A DNA stretch of 64,000 bases from assembly GCA_965226495.1 (NCBI GenBank), contig OZ245365.1:2400001-2464000 (forward strand), read 5' to 3'. Under the pieces are notes generated by a model that saw only the letters and a program-made list of their open reading frames with translations, did not search any database and was not told the origin of the DNA. This DNA is from Candidatus Marinacidobacterales bacterium. Lineage in GTDB: Bacteria; Acidobacteriota; Vicinamibacteria; Marinacidobacterales; DATDRI01. Positions 40,078 to 50,360 of the stretch are shown one piece after another (the stretch's first letter is position 1; every line of letters starts with the position of its first letter). A program made the translations under genes and the position numbers.

Positions 40078-40140
40078 ATGCGGAGACTTCGCCGCCCTGA
40101 AAACTCCACCCACTCCGGAGTGACCCACTCCTCTAATGTC
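40078..40140 (-). repeat. 63-bp diverged copy of an internal segment of the radical SAM gene (51853-51915)
   Basis: 59/63 identical; encodes TLEEWVTPEWVEFSGRRSLR vs TLEEWVSPKWVEFSGRRSLR. Confidence 0.9.
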
Positions 40141-40350
40141 ACGGGTACGGTTTCCTGCAGAAGCTGCCACGCCCAAGCGCACGGCAAATAGCGGCCTATC
40201 CTTGCTCAATTCCGTAGCGATCGCGTTGGTCGGGTTTTCCGACCAGTCACTTCCCACCGACCCTCCGCCAAACTATCTCCCCCCGGCGGATCTCTAGCTT
40301 TTTCACCTCTGGACTTGCCTGCCCGGCTTGATTTTCCTTATCCTATATCC

Positions 40351-41130
40351 GTGGCATATCAACAGAAAGCGGCTCCTGCGTTTCAGAAGGGCTGGGCGGT
40401 GTTTCTGGATGTAGACGGAACGCTGGTCGACTTTGTGGAACATCCGGAGCAGTCGAAGGCCGCCCCAAGACTCATCGGTGTTCTGAGGGATCTCCTTGGA
40501 TTGACCAAGGGCGCACTCGCGCTGGTGAGCGGTCGCACCATCGCGAGCGTCGATGCCATCTTCGAGCCGCTGCGCCTTCCGATTGCCGGGCTGCACGGGC
40601 ACGAGCGTCGCGACACGCTCGGACACACCAGCCGGGCCCCGCTGGATGAGAGTGTTCTCTCGAGTGCGAAAGAACGATTCAAGGACTTCGTCGCGGATCA
40701 CCCCGCGACTTTCGTCGAGGAAAAGGGAGCAGGAATCGCGCTCCACTACCGACAAGCACCGAGCGAAGCAGCCGAAGTCGAGAAGCTGGCATCCGAAATT
40801 GAGGGCCAGCTACCTGAACCGTTCTGCGTGCAGCGCGGTAAAATGGTGATCGAGGTACGCTCGTGCCAGTATTCGAAGGGCTCCGCGATCGAGGCATTCA
40901 TGAATGAGCCTTGTTTCGTTGGTAGCACCCCCGTTTTCATCGGCGATGACGCGACCGACGAATACGGTTTCCGATCGGTCAACGAGTATGGCGGCCTTTC
41001 CATCAAGGTAGGGTCGGGGAGTACGGCTGCACGCTTTCGTCTTGATGGGGTAGGAGGAGTCGTGGAGTGGCTCGAAGACTATGTCCACTTTCTGCGAGCG
41101 GCGGACGGAGGGGAAGCGCATGGAGACTGA
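40351..41130 (+). CDS. otsB: Trehalose-6-phosphate phosphatase
   Basis: FLDVDGTL, SGR, AGLHG.E, ALHYRQA, IGDDATDE; start uncertain. Confidence 0.92.
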   Translation: MAYQQKAAPAFQKGWAVFLDVDGTLVDFVEHPEQSKAAPRLIGVLRDLLGLTKGALALVSGRTIASVDAIFEPLRLPIAGLHGHERRDTLGHTSRAPLDESVLSSAKERFKDFVADHPATFVEEKGAGIALHYRQAPSEAAEVEKLASEIEGQLPEPFCVQRGKMVIEVRSCQYSKGSAIEAFMNEPCFVGSTPVFIGDDATDEYGFRSVNEYGGLSIKVGSGSTAARFRLDGVGGVVEWLEDYVHFLRAADGGEAHGD

Positions 41131-42916
41131 TCTGGATCTGGCCCTGGTCGGAAACTGCAGTTTCAGTGCATTGATCGACTCGCGAACGAACGTTGTCTGG
41201 TCCTGTCTGCCGAGGTTCGACAGCGACCCGGTTTTCGATAGCCTACTGTCACGCGATTCCGAGAACGATGACAATCGTGATAGGACCTTTGTCTTCGAAT
41301 TAATTGATTTCGAGCGTTCGGAGCAGGAGTACGTGAAGAACTCCGCAGTGGTGCGTACGCGCCTATTTGATACCCGAGGTGGTGCGGTGGAGATAACAGA
41401 CTTCGCCCCGCGCTTCAAAAAGTTCGGCCGAACGTTCCGGCCGCTCACACTGGTCCGCATGCTCCGCCGCATCGCGGGAAGTCCTCGTGCGAGGATCAAG
41501 CTCAGGCCGACCGTCATCGGCGGTGATGGGCGCCCCGCCATCACCCACGGCAGCAACCACGTTCGCTACGTGATGCCCCGGCATACGCTACGACTGACGA
41601 CCGATGCCTCCATCACGGCGGTTCTCGACGAGATTCCGTTCGTGGTGGAGCAACCCTTGACCTTCATTCTTGGGCCGGACGAGACGCTTCAGGAAGGGGT
41701 GGCCGAGACCGGGCGACAATTCCTGGAGCAAACGCTGGGCTATTGGAACGAATGGGTGCGCTATCTCGGGATTCCATTCGAGTGGCAGAGCGCGGTCATT
41801 CGGGCCGCCATCACGCTGAAGCTGAATTCCTTCGAAGACACCGGCGCTATCGTCGCAGCCATGACCACGTCGATACCCGAGGCCCCGGACAGCAACCGTA
41901 ACTGGGACTATCGATATTGCTGGCTCCGGGACGCTCAGTTCACGGTTGGTGCTTTGAACCGGCTGGGAACGACACAGACCATGGAGCGCTATCTCGGATT
42001 CATCGTCAACGTGGCGGCAGGAAGCGACGACGGAAAGCTCCAGCCGGTCTACGGCATCAATGGGCGGGCGCGCCTCGAGGAGATGGTGATCGAGAGCCTG
42101 CCCGGGTACCGGGGCATGGGACCGGTACGCTTCGGAAACCAGGCCTACCAGCAAGTGCAAAATGACGTCTACGGTGCAGCGGTGCTCGCGGCGACGCACA
42201 TGTTCTTCGATGAACGTCTCGAGAGCCCGGGCGACGAAGCGCTCTTCCAACGGCTGGAGCATCTCGGGGGGCTCGCTTTTCGCGTATTCAGTCAACCCGA
42301 CGCCGGACCATGGGAGCGTCGCACGTCGAACCGCGTCCATACCTACTCGGCCGTCATGTGCTGGGCGGCGTGCGACCGCCTCGGCAAGATCGCGCAGCGA
42401 TTCGGACTCACAAAACGGGCGACGCACTGGAGCCGCAAAGCGCGGAACATGCACGTGACGATCTGCGCGAAATCGTGGAACGAGAAGCTCGGTAGCTTCG
42501 CGGCGAGCTTCGGCGGTAAGGATTTGGACGCCACTCTCCTTCTCCTGCCTGAGCTCGGTTTTGTGGCCGCCTCCGACCCGCGCTTTGTCGGCACTGTCGC
42601 CGCAGTCGAAAAACACCTGCTGAAAGGTGATTTTCTCTTTCGCTACGTGACACCCGACGATTTCGGCCTTCCCGAATCGGCGTTCATCGTTTGCAGTTTC
42701 TGGTACGTCGATGCTCTGCACGCGCTAGGGCGCGAAGAGGAGGCTCGGGCACTATTCGAGAAGCTCCTTTCGTGTCGAAACCGGCACGGCCTGCTCTCGG
42801 AAGATCTCGATCCGCGCACCGGCGAGCTATGGGGAAATTTCCCGCAGACCTACAGCATGGTGGGCTTGATCAACTCAGCGCTCAGACTCAGCAAGTCGTG
42901 GGAGACTGCCTTTTGA
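41120..42916 (+). CDS. Glycoside hydrolase family 15 (trehalase-like)
   Basis: [37 protein letters not shown]. Confidence 0.93.
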   Translation: METDLDLALVGNCSFSALIDSRTNVVWSCLPRFDSDPVFDSLLSRDSENDDNRDRTFVFELIDFERSEQEYVKNSAVVRTRLFDTRGGAVEITDFAPRFKKFGRTFRPLTLVRMLRRIAGSPRARIKLRPTVIGGDGRPAITHGSNHVRYVMPRHTLRLTTDASITAVLDEIPFVVEQPLTFILGPDETLQEGVAETGRQFLEQTLGYWNEWVRYLGIPFEWQSAVIRAAITLKLNSFEDTGAIVAAMTTSIPEAPDSNRNWDYRYCWLRDAQFTVGALNRLGTTQTMERYLGFIVNVAAGSDDGKLQPVYGINGRARLEEMVIESLPGYRGMGPVRFGNQAYQQVQNDVYGAAVLAATHMFFDERLESPGDEALFQRLEHLGGLAFRVFSQPDAGPWERRTSNRVHTYSAVMCWAACDRLGKIAQRFGLTKRATHWSRKARNMHVTICAKSWNEKLGSFAASFGGKDLDATLLLLPELGFVAASDPRFVGTVAAVEKHLLKGDFLFRYVTPDDFGLPESAFIVCSFWYVDALHALGREEEARALFEKLLSCRNRHGLLSEDLDPRTGELWGNFPQTYSMVGLINSALRLSKSWETAF

Positions 42917-44352
42917 GCCGCCTCGTCGTCGTCTCCAATCGCGTTCCGGTGCCGAGCGGAACGCGGGTGCCGCAAGGCGGGCTCGAAACTGGAGTGCTGT
43001 CGGCACTCGAGGCCCAAGGTGGGCTGTGGTTCGGCTGGAGCGGGAAGATTTCCGAAGAGAAGAGGGTTGTGCGCACTCGGTCCGGGAAGGTCGATTTCGC
43101 AACCACCGACCTTTCTCGGAGGGACTATGACGATTACTACCGTGGTTATTCCAATCGCGTAATGTGGCCTCTCCTGCACGCGCGTCTCGAGCGCATGGAC
43201 TACCACCGAAGCTACGAGAACGGATACCGGCGCGCCAACCAGTTCCTGGCGAACGGACTCGTCCCGCTCCTCCGCCCCGACGATACGATTTGGATCCATG
43301 ATTATCACTTGATCCCTTTGGGTATGGTTCTGAGGCGTGCCGGCTGCCGCCAGCGCATCGGCTTTTTCCTGCACACGCCCTTCCCGCCCTCCGATGTGTT
43401 CCGAGCCCTTCCTCACTACCGAACTCTTTTGGAGGAGTTCGTCGCCTACGATCTCGTCGGCTTCCAGACCGACGTGGACCTGTGCGGTTTTGCCAACAGC
43501 GTGGCCGACGGAGTGCCTGGTGTCAAGATGGACAAGCACAGTGTCGTGATCGGAAACCGTCGGATGCTGATGGGTGTATTCCCCATCAGCGTCGACGTGG
43601 ACGATGTGGCAGCTCTGGCAGCCAAAGGACGTTCCTCCCCGTCCGGGCGTCGTCTCGTCTCGAGCCTTCCCGCACGCCAGCTGATCCTCGGCGTCGACCG
43701 CCTCGATTACAGCAAAGGGTTAGTGGAGCGATTTCGTGCCTATGAAAGTTTCCTGGAAGGGCACGCCTCAATGCGCAGGAAGGTCGTCTATCTTCAAATC
43801 GTCCAGCCTTCCCGCGGCGACGTACCGGACTATGAGCAAATGCGGCGCTCCCTCGATACCGCGGCCGGCCAGATCAATGGGCGCTTTGCCGAGTACGACT
43901 GGGTACCGCTGCGTTATCTCTACAGGGGGCTCGCTCGCACTACGATTCTTGGATTTCTATCGATCTCTCGGGTGGGCTTGGTCACGCCTTTCAGAGACGG
44001 AATGAACCTCGTGGCAAAGGAGTTCGTTGCCGCCCAGAGCCCAGAGGATCCGGGCGTTCTGGTGCTCTCCGAGTTGGCCGGAGCTGCCAGAGAGCTCCAA
44101 GCGGCGTTGATCGTCAACCCATACGATATCGATGATGTTGCGGACGGTCTCGCGAGAGCGCTCGATATGCCGCTCGAGGAACGCCGGCAACGCTGGGAGT
44201 CGATGCTGAAGATCCTGAGAACGAGCGACATCCACCGATGGCGCCGGGAGTTCCTGGAGGCGCTCGATCAAGCTCCAGCCAGAACGACGACGCCAGCTCG
44301 ACGCCGAGGAGCCACGAAGCCACGCCGCCCGGACGACTCAAGTGCTTCTTGA
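42913..44352 (+). CDS. otsA: Trehalose-6-phosphate synthase
   Basis: SRLVVVSNR (TTG start), [33 protein letters not shown]. Confidence 0.94.
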   Translation: MSRLVVVSNRVPVPSGTRVPQGGLETGVLSALEAQGGLWFGWSGKISEEKRVVRTRSGKVDFATTDLSRRDYDDYYRGYSNRVMWPLLHARLERMDYHRSYENGYRRANQFLANGLVPLLRPDDTIWIHDYHLIPLGMVLRRAGCRQRIGFFLHTPFPPSDVFRALPHYRTLLEEFVAYDLVGFQTDVDLCGFANSVADGVPGVKMDKHSVVIGNRRMLMGVFPISVDVDDVAALAAKGRSSPSGRRLVSSLPARQLILGVDRLDYSKGLVERFRAYESFLEGHASMRRKVVYLQIVQPSRGDVPDYEQMRRSLDTAAGQINGRFAEYDWVPLRYLYRGLARTTILGFLSISRVGLVTPFRDGMNLVAKEFVAAQSPEDPGVLVLSELAGAARELQAALIVNPYDIDDVADGLARALDMPLEERRQRWESMLKILRTSDIHRWRREFLEALDQAPARTTTPARRRGATKPRRPDDSSAS

Positions 44353-44372
44353 ACGACTCGTCGGCCAAGGAG

Positions 44373-46208
44373 CTAGTCTCTCGCGCCCAGGGCGCGGTCA
44401 AGATTAAACGCCGCACTGATCAACGCGAGATGCGTGAATGCCTGCGGGAAGTTCCCCAAGGCCTCGCCACTGAGTCCCGTCTGCTCGGCATAAAGTCCCA
44501 CGTGGTTGGCGTAACCGAGCATCTCTTCGAAGATCACCCGTGCGCGCTCGAGCCGGGTGCGATCGGAGCGACCGGCGCGGGTGAGGGCCTCGACTAACCA
44601 GAAGGTGCAGATATTAAACGTTCCTTCCTCGCCTTTGAGCCCATCGGCGGTTTCCTCCACGTTGTAACGATAGACCAGGCTGTTGGAGAGGAGTCCGCCT
44701 CTGTGTGGAGGTTCCATTGTGGCGTCGATGGTGCGAAGCATCCGCGGATCAGTTGGTGAGACAAAGAACACCAGCGGCATCGTTAGATTGGCCGCATCCA
44801 AGGCATCGCTATTGTAGTGTTGGACGAAGGCATTGCGTTTCTGGTGCCAGCCTTTGGCCATGATCTCCTCATAGATCCGATCACGCACGTCGGTCCAGCG
44901 CTTGCGGTCTGCGGGAAACGAGCGCTTATCGGCCAGTCTCAAGGCGCGATCGACCGCTACCCAACACATGAGCTTGGAATAGACAAAGTGCTGCTGCCCC
45001 CCGCGCACCTCCCAGATGCCCTCATCCTTTCGTTGCCAATTGTCGCACACCCAGTCGGTGAGCCGGCGGAGGTGGAGCCAGAGATCGTACGAGATCGGCT
45101 GCCCGTATTTGTTGAACAGGTACACCGAGTCCATGAGCTCGCCATAGATGTCGAGTTGCATCTGGCCAGAGGCGCCGTTGCCAATGCGCACGGGACGTGA
45201 GCCCTTATAGCCATCCAGGTGATCGAGGATTTCCTCCGTGATCTTTCGCTCTCCGCCGATGCCATACATGATCTGTAGCGACCCGTCTTCAGGGAGCTCA
45301 TGGCAGATCTTCTCGATCGCATCCATGAAGTGCGCCGCCTCTTGAGTGAAACCGATGCGCATCAGAGCGTAGAGCGTAAACGCGGCGTCGCGCACCCAGG
45401 TATAACGGTAGTCCCAGTTGCGCTCCCCGCCGATGCCTTCGGGGAGGCTCGTGGTGGGTGCGGCCACGATGGTCCCGGTGGGTTCGTAGGTCATCAGTTT
45501 CAACACCAGCGCCGAGCGGTGTACCATCTCGCGCCAACGGCCCCGGTACGTGCATTGCGCAAGCCAATGGCGCCAGTAGTCCACAGTCTTCTGGGTCAGC
45601 GCTAACGCCTCGTCTTCGGTCAACAACCCCTTGTGGCCAGTGCCTGGATCGACGCGCCCGAGCACAAATATTGCTGCTTGGCCCTCATCGAGAGTGAACT
45701 CTGCCGTGACCCCGTTACGCTGTTTCTTTAACTTTCGGCGTGTGCCAAGTCCCAGGGTCAGACTGGGTGATTTGAAAACCGCTCCCGTTTCTGTGAGTTC
45801 GGTCGTGTGCTCATCGCGCGCGTAATTGAATGCGGGAAAACACTCCATTCGAAAGGGCATCGTGCCGCGTATACAACGCACAGTGCGCACGAGTTGATGC
45901 CGGTCCTGCCTGTCACGAGGCAGGCCAACGGGCATGAAATCCACCACTTGGCCCACTCCATCCGGGCATAGGAATCGGGTCACAAGCACGTTGGAGTCTG
46001 GCCAGTAGAACTGTTTGTGCGTAGCCCCGTCGGCGAGTGCTGTGATCTTGAAGTGGCCGCCTTTCTGGTCATCGAGAATGGCAGCGAAGACGCTGGGGGA
46101 ATCGAAGCGCGGGAAGCAGAACCAGTCGACCGAGCCATTCATTCCGACGAGTGCGACCGTGTGCAGATCGCCGACGATGCCGTAATCTTCTATGGGTTGG
46201 TAAGCCAT
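44373..46208 (-). CDS. Glycoside hydrolase family 15
   Basis: [43 protein letters not shown]. Confidence 0.94.
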   Translation of the reverse strand: MAYQPIEDYGIVGDLHTVALVGMNGSVDWFCFPRFDSPSVFAAILDDQKGGHFKITALADGATHKQFYWPDSNVLVTRFLCPDGVGQVVDFMPVGLPRDRQDRHQLVRTVRCIRGTMPFRMECFPAFNYARDEHTTELTETGAVFKSPSLTLGLGTRRKLKKQRNGVTAEFTLDEGQAAIFVLGRVDPGTGHKGLLTEDEALALTQKTVDYWRHWLAQCTYRGRWREMVHRSALVLKLMTYEPTGTIVAAPTTSLPEGIGGERNWDYRYTWVRDAAFTLYALMRIGFTQEAAHFMDAIEKICHELPEDGSLQIMYGIGGERKITEEILDHLDGYKGSRPVRIGNGASGQMQLDIYGELMDSVYLFNKYGQPISYDLWLHLRRLTDWVCDNWQRKDEGIWEVRGGQQHFVYSKLMCWVAVDRALRLADKRSFPADRKRWTDVRDRIYEEIMAKGWHQKRNAFVQHYNSDALDAANLTMPLVFFVSPTDPRMLRTIDATMEPPHRGGLLSNSLVYRYNVEETADGLKGEEGTFNICTFWLVEALTRAGRSDRTRLERARVIFEEMLGYANHVGLYAEQTGLSGEALGNFPQAFTHLALISAAFNLDRALGARD

Positions 46209-46367
46209 GGTGCGACTCCCTTACGTGCGCCTGTGAAAGGCTTTCTTTGTGTTGGATCCGCGACTATGCGGATTGTTTCTGCGATTGAGCCGAGAGGCAC
46301 AGCCTCGCCAGGAACATTATACATGCGTCCGCGCTAAGGACTGAGACGCGCGTTGGCCGGGCCTGGA

Positions 46368-46565
46368 TTACAGATTGATATCTTCGGGAGTATGGTGCCG
46401 TGCGAGGGCCGCTTGCCCCACGCGACGGATCGCCAGCACGAATGCCGCGGTACGTAGATCGAGTTTCTTCTCGCTGGCTACATCTCGTACCGCAGCGTAC
46501 GATCCCCGCATGATCTTTGAAAGCTCGTCGTTCACTCGCTCGAGCTCCCACCGGTACTGCTGAAG
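46368..46565 (-). pseudogene. 3' remnant of Glu/Leu/Phe/Val dehydrogenase
   Basis: LQQYRWELERVNDEL..DLRTAAFVLAIRRV, the GdhA C-terminal helices; cut at the IS91-like end. Confidence 0.8.
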
Positions 46566-48149
46566 GATAGGAGAATTCATAACCTGACTGACTGCGCTCG
46601 GCTGCCATTTTCCCGTTTTGGTAGTGATGGTGGCGCCTTATGGCGCGTTGGTGAAGGTAGCAGAAAGTGCACGGGGAAGGCAAAACGAGTTTGGGCAGTT
46701 TTGGGCGGGGGAGTTTGGGCATGAAGCCACAGTTATGCCTTGAGGTGCCAGAGGGAGGGCACCGGGGGGAGTCGCGGAGAAACCGAGGCTAAGGCTGAGG
46801 AGGAGCGCGGGAGTCGGCCTTTCGCTTTTCCAAATGACCCAAGATTTTTCGAATGACCTTCTGCTCGGTGATGAAGGAGATGACGCGGAGGGTGCCTCCA
46901 CACTCACATTTCAAAGGGTCGGTTTGATAGACCCGCTTGATGAGCTGCGCCCAGCTTTTTCTGAGTGCGGCGCGTTTCGGCCAAAGGCGTAGGCGACCGG
47001 CATAGATGGGGTTTTGGAGACAGACGAGCGCATACTGCCGACCTGGGCTCCGAGGTTCGTCCTGGATGTTGGCCGGGCCATCACAAGCCCAGCGACTCAA
47101 GAGACAGTGAGGTTCGTCCTGGATGTTGGTTTCGGGCCGCCCAGCGACTCAAGGGTGAAGTTTGCCTTTTTCCGGTAAGCCCGCGCTTTTGAAGAGTAGG
47201 CCCCGAAATATCTCACCCCGTGTGTTCGAGGCTCGGGGAGCTGGGTGAGGGGACTCGCGCAAGAAACTCGAGTATGTCGAGGGTCTCGCCTTGCGGATGG
47301 GAGGCCAAGGGGTCGTGGTGGGCGCTTTTGCCCTCGTAGAACAGTGTCTTGGCGCCGGGCATCCAATGAATGCGAGACAGACTTACCGGGCACCGCAACA
47401 AGTATCGGCAGAGTCGTTCGAGCCCTTGGGTATCTTGCGGCCATACGGTGGGAGATGCGTCAACGGAGAAGCCGCTACGGCGAAACGAACAGAGCAGCTC
47501 AGCAGCTCAATGCGTTCGTCACTCAAGAGTCCTTTGCTCTTCAGCAAGTGCAATATTTTGTGAGCGAACAACTTCTCGGCAGCGATGGTATCGACATAGG
47601 GGACCGGCAGCCATTGACCTTGCTTATCCCAAAGCCCACGAGAGGCAAGAGCATGCAGGTGAGGATGTAGTTGGATGAGACTTCCAAAGGTCTGTGGTAC
47701 GGCCACGACACCGGGGCGGGCTTTGTCGCCGCCGGCGGTCTCGAGCATCAGCTCCTTGATGGTCTCGTATGCGAGTCGAGCGAGCTCCCCCAGAAGCTCC
47801 CGGTGGCGCATGAAATAAGGTCGTAACATTTTTGGAAGAGTAAACGTCCAAAGACACTGGCATTTTCCACAAGCTCGTCTTTTAGAAAGGCGGCAAAGGA
47901 AGCCGCCCTTTTCGCATCGCACGACGGACAAATCCCTCTTTGTTTGCAGGATAGAGTGAGCAAGCGCTCGCTTCCACATGCATCGCACTTGAGTCTGGCG
48001 AAGCCCGCTTCTGGCACTCCGCAGTCTAGGTAGCGGGCGACCGCCGCATCGTAAAACCCTCTCCAGAAACCATAGCGACGCTCGAATCGCTCCTCCCAAA
48101 GGCCCTTCAGCGTCTCGTAGTGAACCTCCAGAGAACAATCCGCCGGCAC
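46566..48149 (-). mobile_element. Degenerate IS91-family (rolling-circle HUH) transposase element
   Basis: Fragments in several frames: CGVPEAGFARLKCDAC..SCKQRGICPSC, QTFG..HPHLHAL, VRYFGAYS, WAQLIKRVY..DPLKC; end ..CCTATC abutting CTTC. Confidence 0.85.
47052..47153. repeat. Imperfect tandem duplication inside IS91 transposase
   Basis: GAGGTTCGTCCTGGATGTTGG at 47052 and 47109; GCCCAGCGACTCAAG at 47087 and 47139. Confidence 0.85.
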
Positions 48150-48224
48150 GTCGCTCGACTCGTCGCCGCGGCTTGAGGTTCCCTTGGACAGCGAGTACGC
48201 TTAACGGACGTCGGGAGGCCAGCC

Positions 48225-48401
48225 ATGATGACAATTCCCGTGGTCGCCGCCCTGATCGCGGTGGCCGCTGGCGCGCGAATCGTCGAGGAGATGACGCCGG
48301 AGGCAATCGACGAAGCGATTCGGGAAGGCAAGAAGTCGTACTACTCGGTGGAATGCGACGTCGAGTTGGATCCGGAATACGCCCTGGCCTGGGGATGGTG
48401 A
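48225..48401 (+). CDS. Small 58-aa ORF or gene fragment with signal-peptide-like N-terminus
   Basis: RBS GGGAGG, MMTIPVVAALIAVAAGARIVEEMTPEAIDEAIREGKK.. Confidence 0.35.
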   Translation: MMTIPVVAALIAVAAGARIVEEMTPEAIDEAIREGKKSYYSVECDVELDPEYALAWGW

Positions 48402-48534
48402 TCCTAATTCGACTATGGAGGAGGGGTAGAACTATTTGTTTGAAATATTGACCCGAAAGAGATGTTGCAAGAGTCACGAAGCAGCGGAGGTGTCATAAGC
48501 TTGCCCGTCTGAACCTGCCTAAAAGGACCGTAAA

Positions 48535-49929
48535 ATGAACGAACTCGCCAAGAAGATTCCCCGGCTCCAACTGTGTTTCGTGATTGGCCTTGGTCTGATG
48601 TCAAATGCAATGGGGCAGACTGGTGGCGCTGCTTCAGTAGGAGCGAGCCGTCCAAATATAGTTTTTATGCTGGTTGATAACGTTGGATGGGGTGACATTG
48701 GTATCTATGGCGGAGGGATTTTGCGTGGCGCCCCGACACCGCGCCTGGACAAGTTGGCTTCGGAGGGTTTACAGCTGTTGAATTTCAACACCGAGCCTTT
48801 CTGTGTTCCCAGCCGCTCGGCATTGATGAGTGGACGCCTTGCCATCCGTACCCGTACAACTAGTGGTAGTGCCTTACCTAAATCTGAAATTACGATTGCT
48901 GATTTGCTTTCCGGTGCTGATTACGACACCGCCATTTTTGGCAAGTGGCACTTGGGGCAGCGGGAAGGGTTGTATCCAACAGATAGGGGATTTGACGAGT
49001 GGTACGGAATACCCGTGTCGTCGGCCACCGCAATGTTTGAAACCCAGTTCCAATACGACCCAAATTTGGCGCCAATGGAGATGGTATTGAGCTCACAAAG
49101 AGGCGATATGCCCGATGAGGTGAAAATCTACGATCAAAATGCCCGGCGAGAGATAGATGGTGAATTGGTACAGAAGGCGATTTCTTTCATGGCTGGAAGC
49201 GTCAAGAAGGGAAACCCATTTTTTCTCTATTTGCCATTTACACAAACTCACATGCCAACCTTGCCCCATCCTGACTTTAGTGGCAAAACCGGAAATGGAG
49301 ACTACGCTGACGCGTTGGCTGAGATGGATTTTCGCGCGGGTCAAATACTGGATGCGATTGATGATCTAAGAATAAGAGCAAATACGGTCGTGATTTGGGC
49401 TAGCGACAATGGTCCATCTGCCCGATCTCCCCATGGGACGGCCGGATATTGGAGAGGCCGTGTTCACCAAGCGCTGGAAGGCAGCATTCGAACACCATTC
49501 ATTATGCGTTGGCCTGGAAAAATCAAGCCGAGGAGTGTGAACAATGAAATAGTCCACATTGCCGACATGATGCCAACTCTGGCGCGTGTTGCTGATTATC
49601 AGTTGCCTAACGATAGAGTAATCGATGGTATTGACCAGTTGGATTTTTTGATTGGAAAGCAAGAACAATCCAACAGAGATGGATTTCCAATATATGGTAA
49701 CAACAATCAGCTATGGGCCTACAAATGGAAGAATTGGAAGATGCACTTTGTCAGATATCAAGACAGCTGGAATGTAGCGCAGTCTGTCAGGCCAGATAAC
49801 ACAGCTCCAGGTATTTACAATTTGCTAATTGATCCAAAAGAAGAACACTCTATGAGTCTAGATTATTGGTGGGTGGGAACCGTCATTGAGAAGAAGATGA
49901 AACAGTTTAATGCTACGCTCAATCAATAA
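48535..49929 (+). CDS. Arylsulfatase (formylglycine-dependent)
   Basis: RPNIVFMLVDNVGWGD, CVPSRSALMSG (CxPxR), GKWHLG, SDNG; visibly AT-richer than flanks. Confidence 0.93.
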   Translation: MNELAKKIPRLQLCFVIGLGLMSNAMGQTGGAASVGASRPNIVFMLVDNVGWGDIGIYGGGILRGAPTPRLDKLASEGLQLLNFNTEPFCVPSRSALMSGRLAIRTRTTSGSALPKSEITIADLLSGADYDTAIFGKWHLGQREGLYPTDRGFDEWYGIPVSSATAMFETQFQYDPNLAPMEMVLSSQRGDMPDEVKIYDQNARREIDGELVQKAISFMAGSVKKGNPFFLYLPFTQTHMPTLPHPDFSGKTGNGDYADALAEMDFRAGQILDAIDDLRIRANTVVIWASDNGPSARSPHGTAGYWRGRVHQALEGSIRTPFIMRWPGKIKPRSVNNEIVHIADMMPTLARVADYQLPNDRVIDGIDQLDFLIGKQEQSNRDGFPIYGNNNQLWAYKWKNWKMHFVRYQDSWNVAQSVRPDNTAPGIYNLLIDPKEEHSMSLDYWWVGTVIEKKMKQFNATLNQ

Positions 49930-50166
49930 TGGTGCTAATCACTGGCTCGCAGAACTCGCGAATCTAGCGCAGTCGAGCGACGTCCATTCGCGTTGACTCA
50001 TTGAAGAATTGCCTTTCGTTCTTCTGGAAGGGAGCCAATTGGTGGCAAGCGCCGAACGCATTCCCTCGTAATCTGGCCGAGCCCCCTCTGAAAAGCTTCG
50101 TAATCGCCAGACGAATGACTTCCGAGCGGCTTAGACCTAGCTCTCGCGTCTTTCGATTGAGCGGAT

Positions 50167-50280
50167 CTTCAGGGAGATCTGTTTGCTCCGGTGGCGGATG
50201 AGCGGTTCGACGTGGTGCTCTTCAACCCCCCTTACTTTCGTGGCGAGCCGAGGGATCTCAGCGATCACGCGTGGCGGAGC
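50167..50280 (+). pseudogene. Fragment of HemK-like methyltransferase
   Basis: LQGDLFAPVADERFDVVLFNPPYFRGEPRDLSDHAWRS (NPPY motif), with neither start nor end. Confidence 0.7.
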
Positions 50281-50360
50281 GCGACCTCATCAATGAGATC
50301 CTATGTTTGCACCGAGCGTGGCGCTAGAAGGCTGTACCAACGAAGTGGGTACCACCTCGT

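Noticed and set aside
41588-42721. 377-aa minus-strand ORF
   Set aside because: Antisense to the GH15 gene
47383-48477. 364-aa ORF as an intact transposase
   Set aside because: Only its central part is in the transposase frame; the rest lies in other frames because of frameshifts
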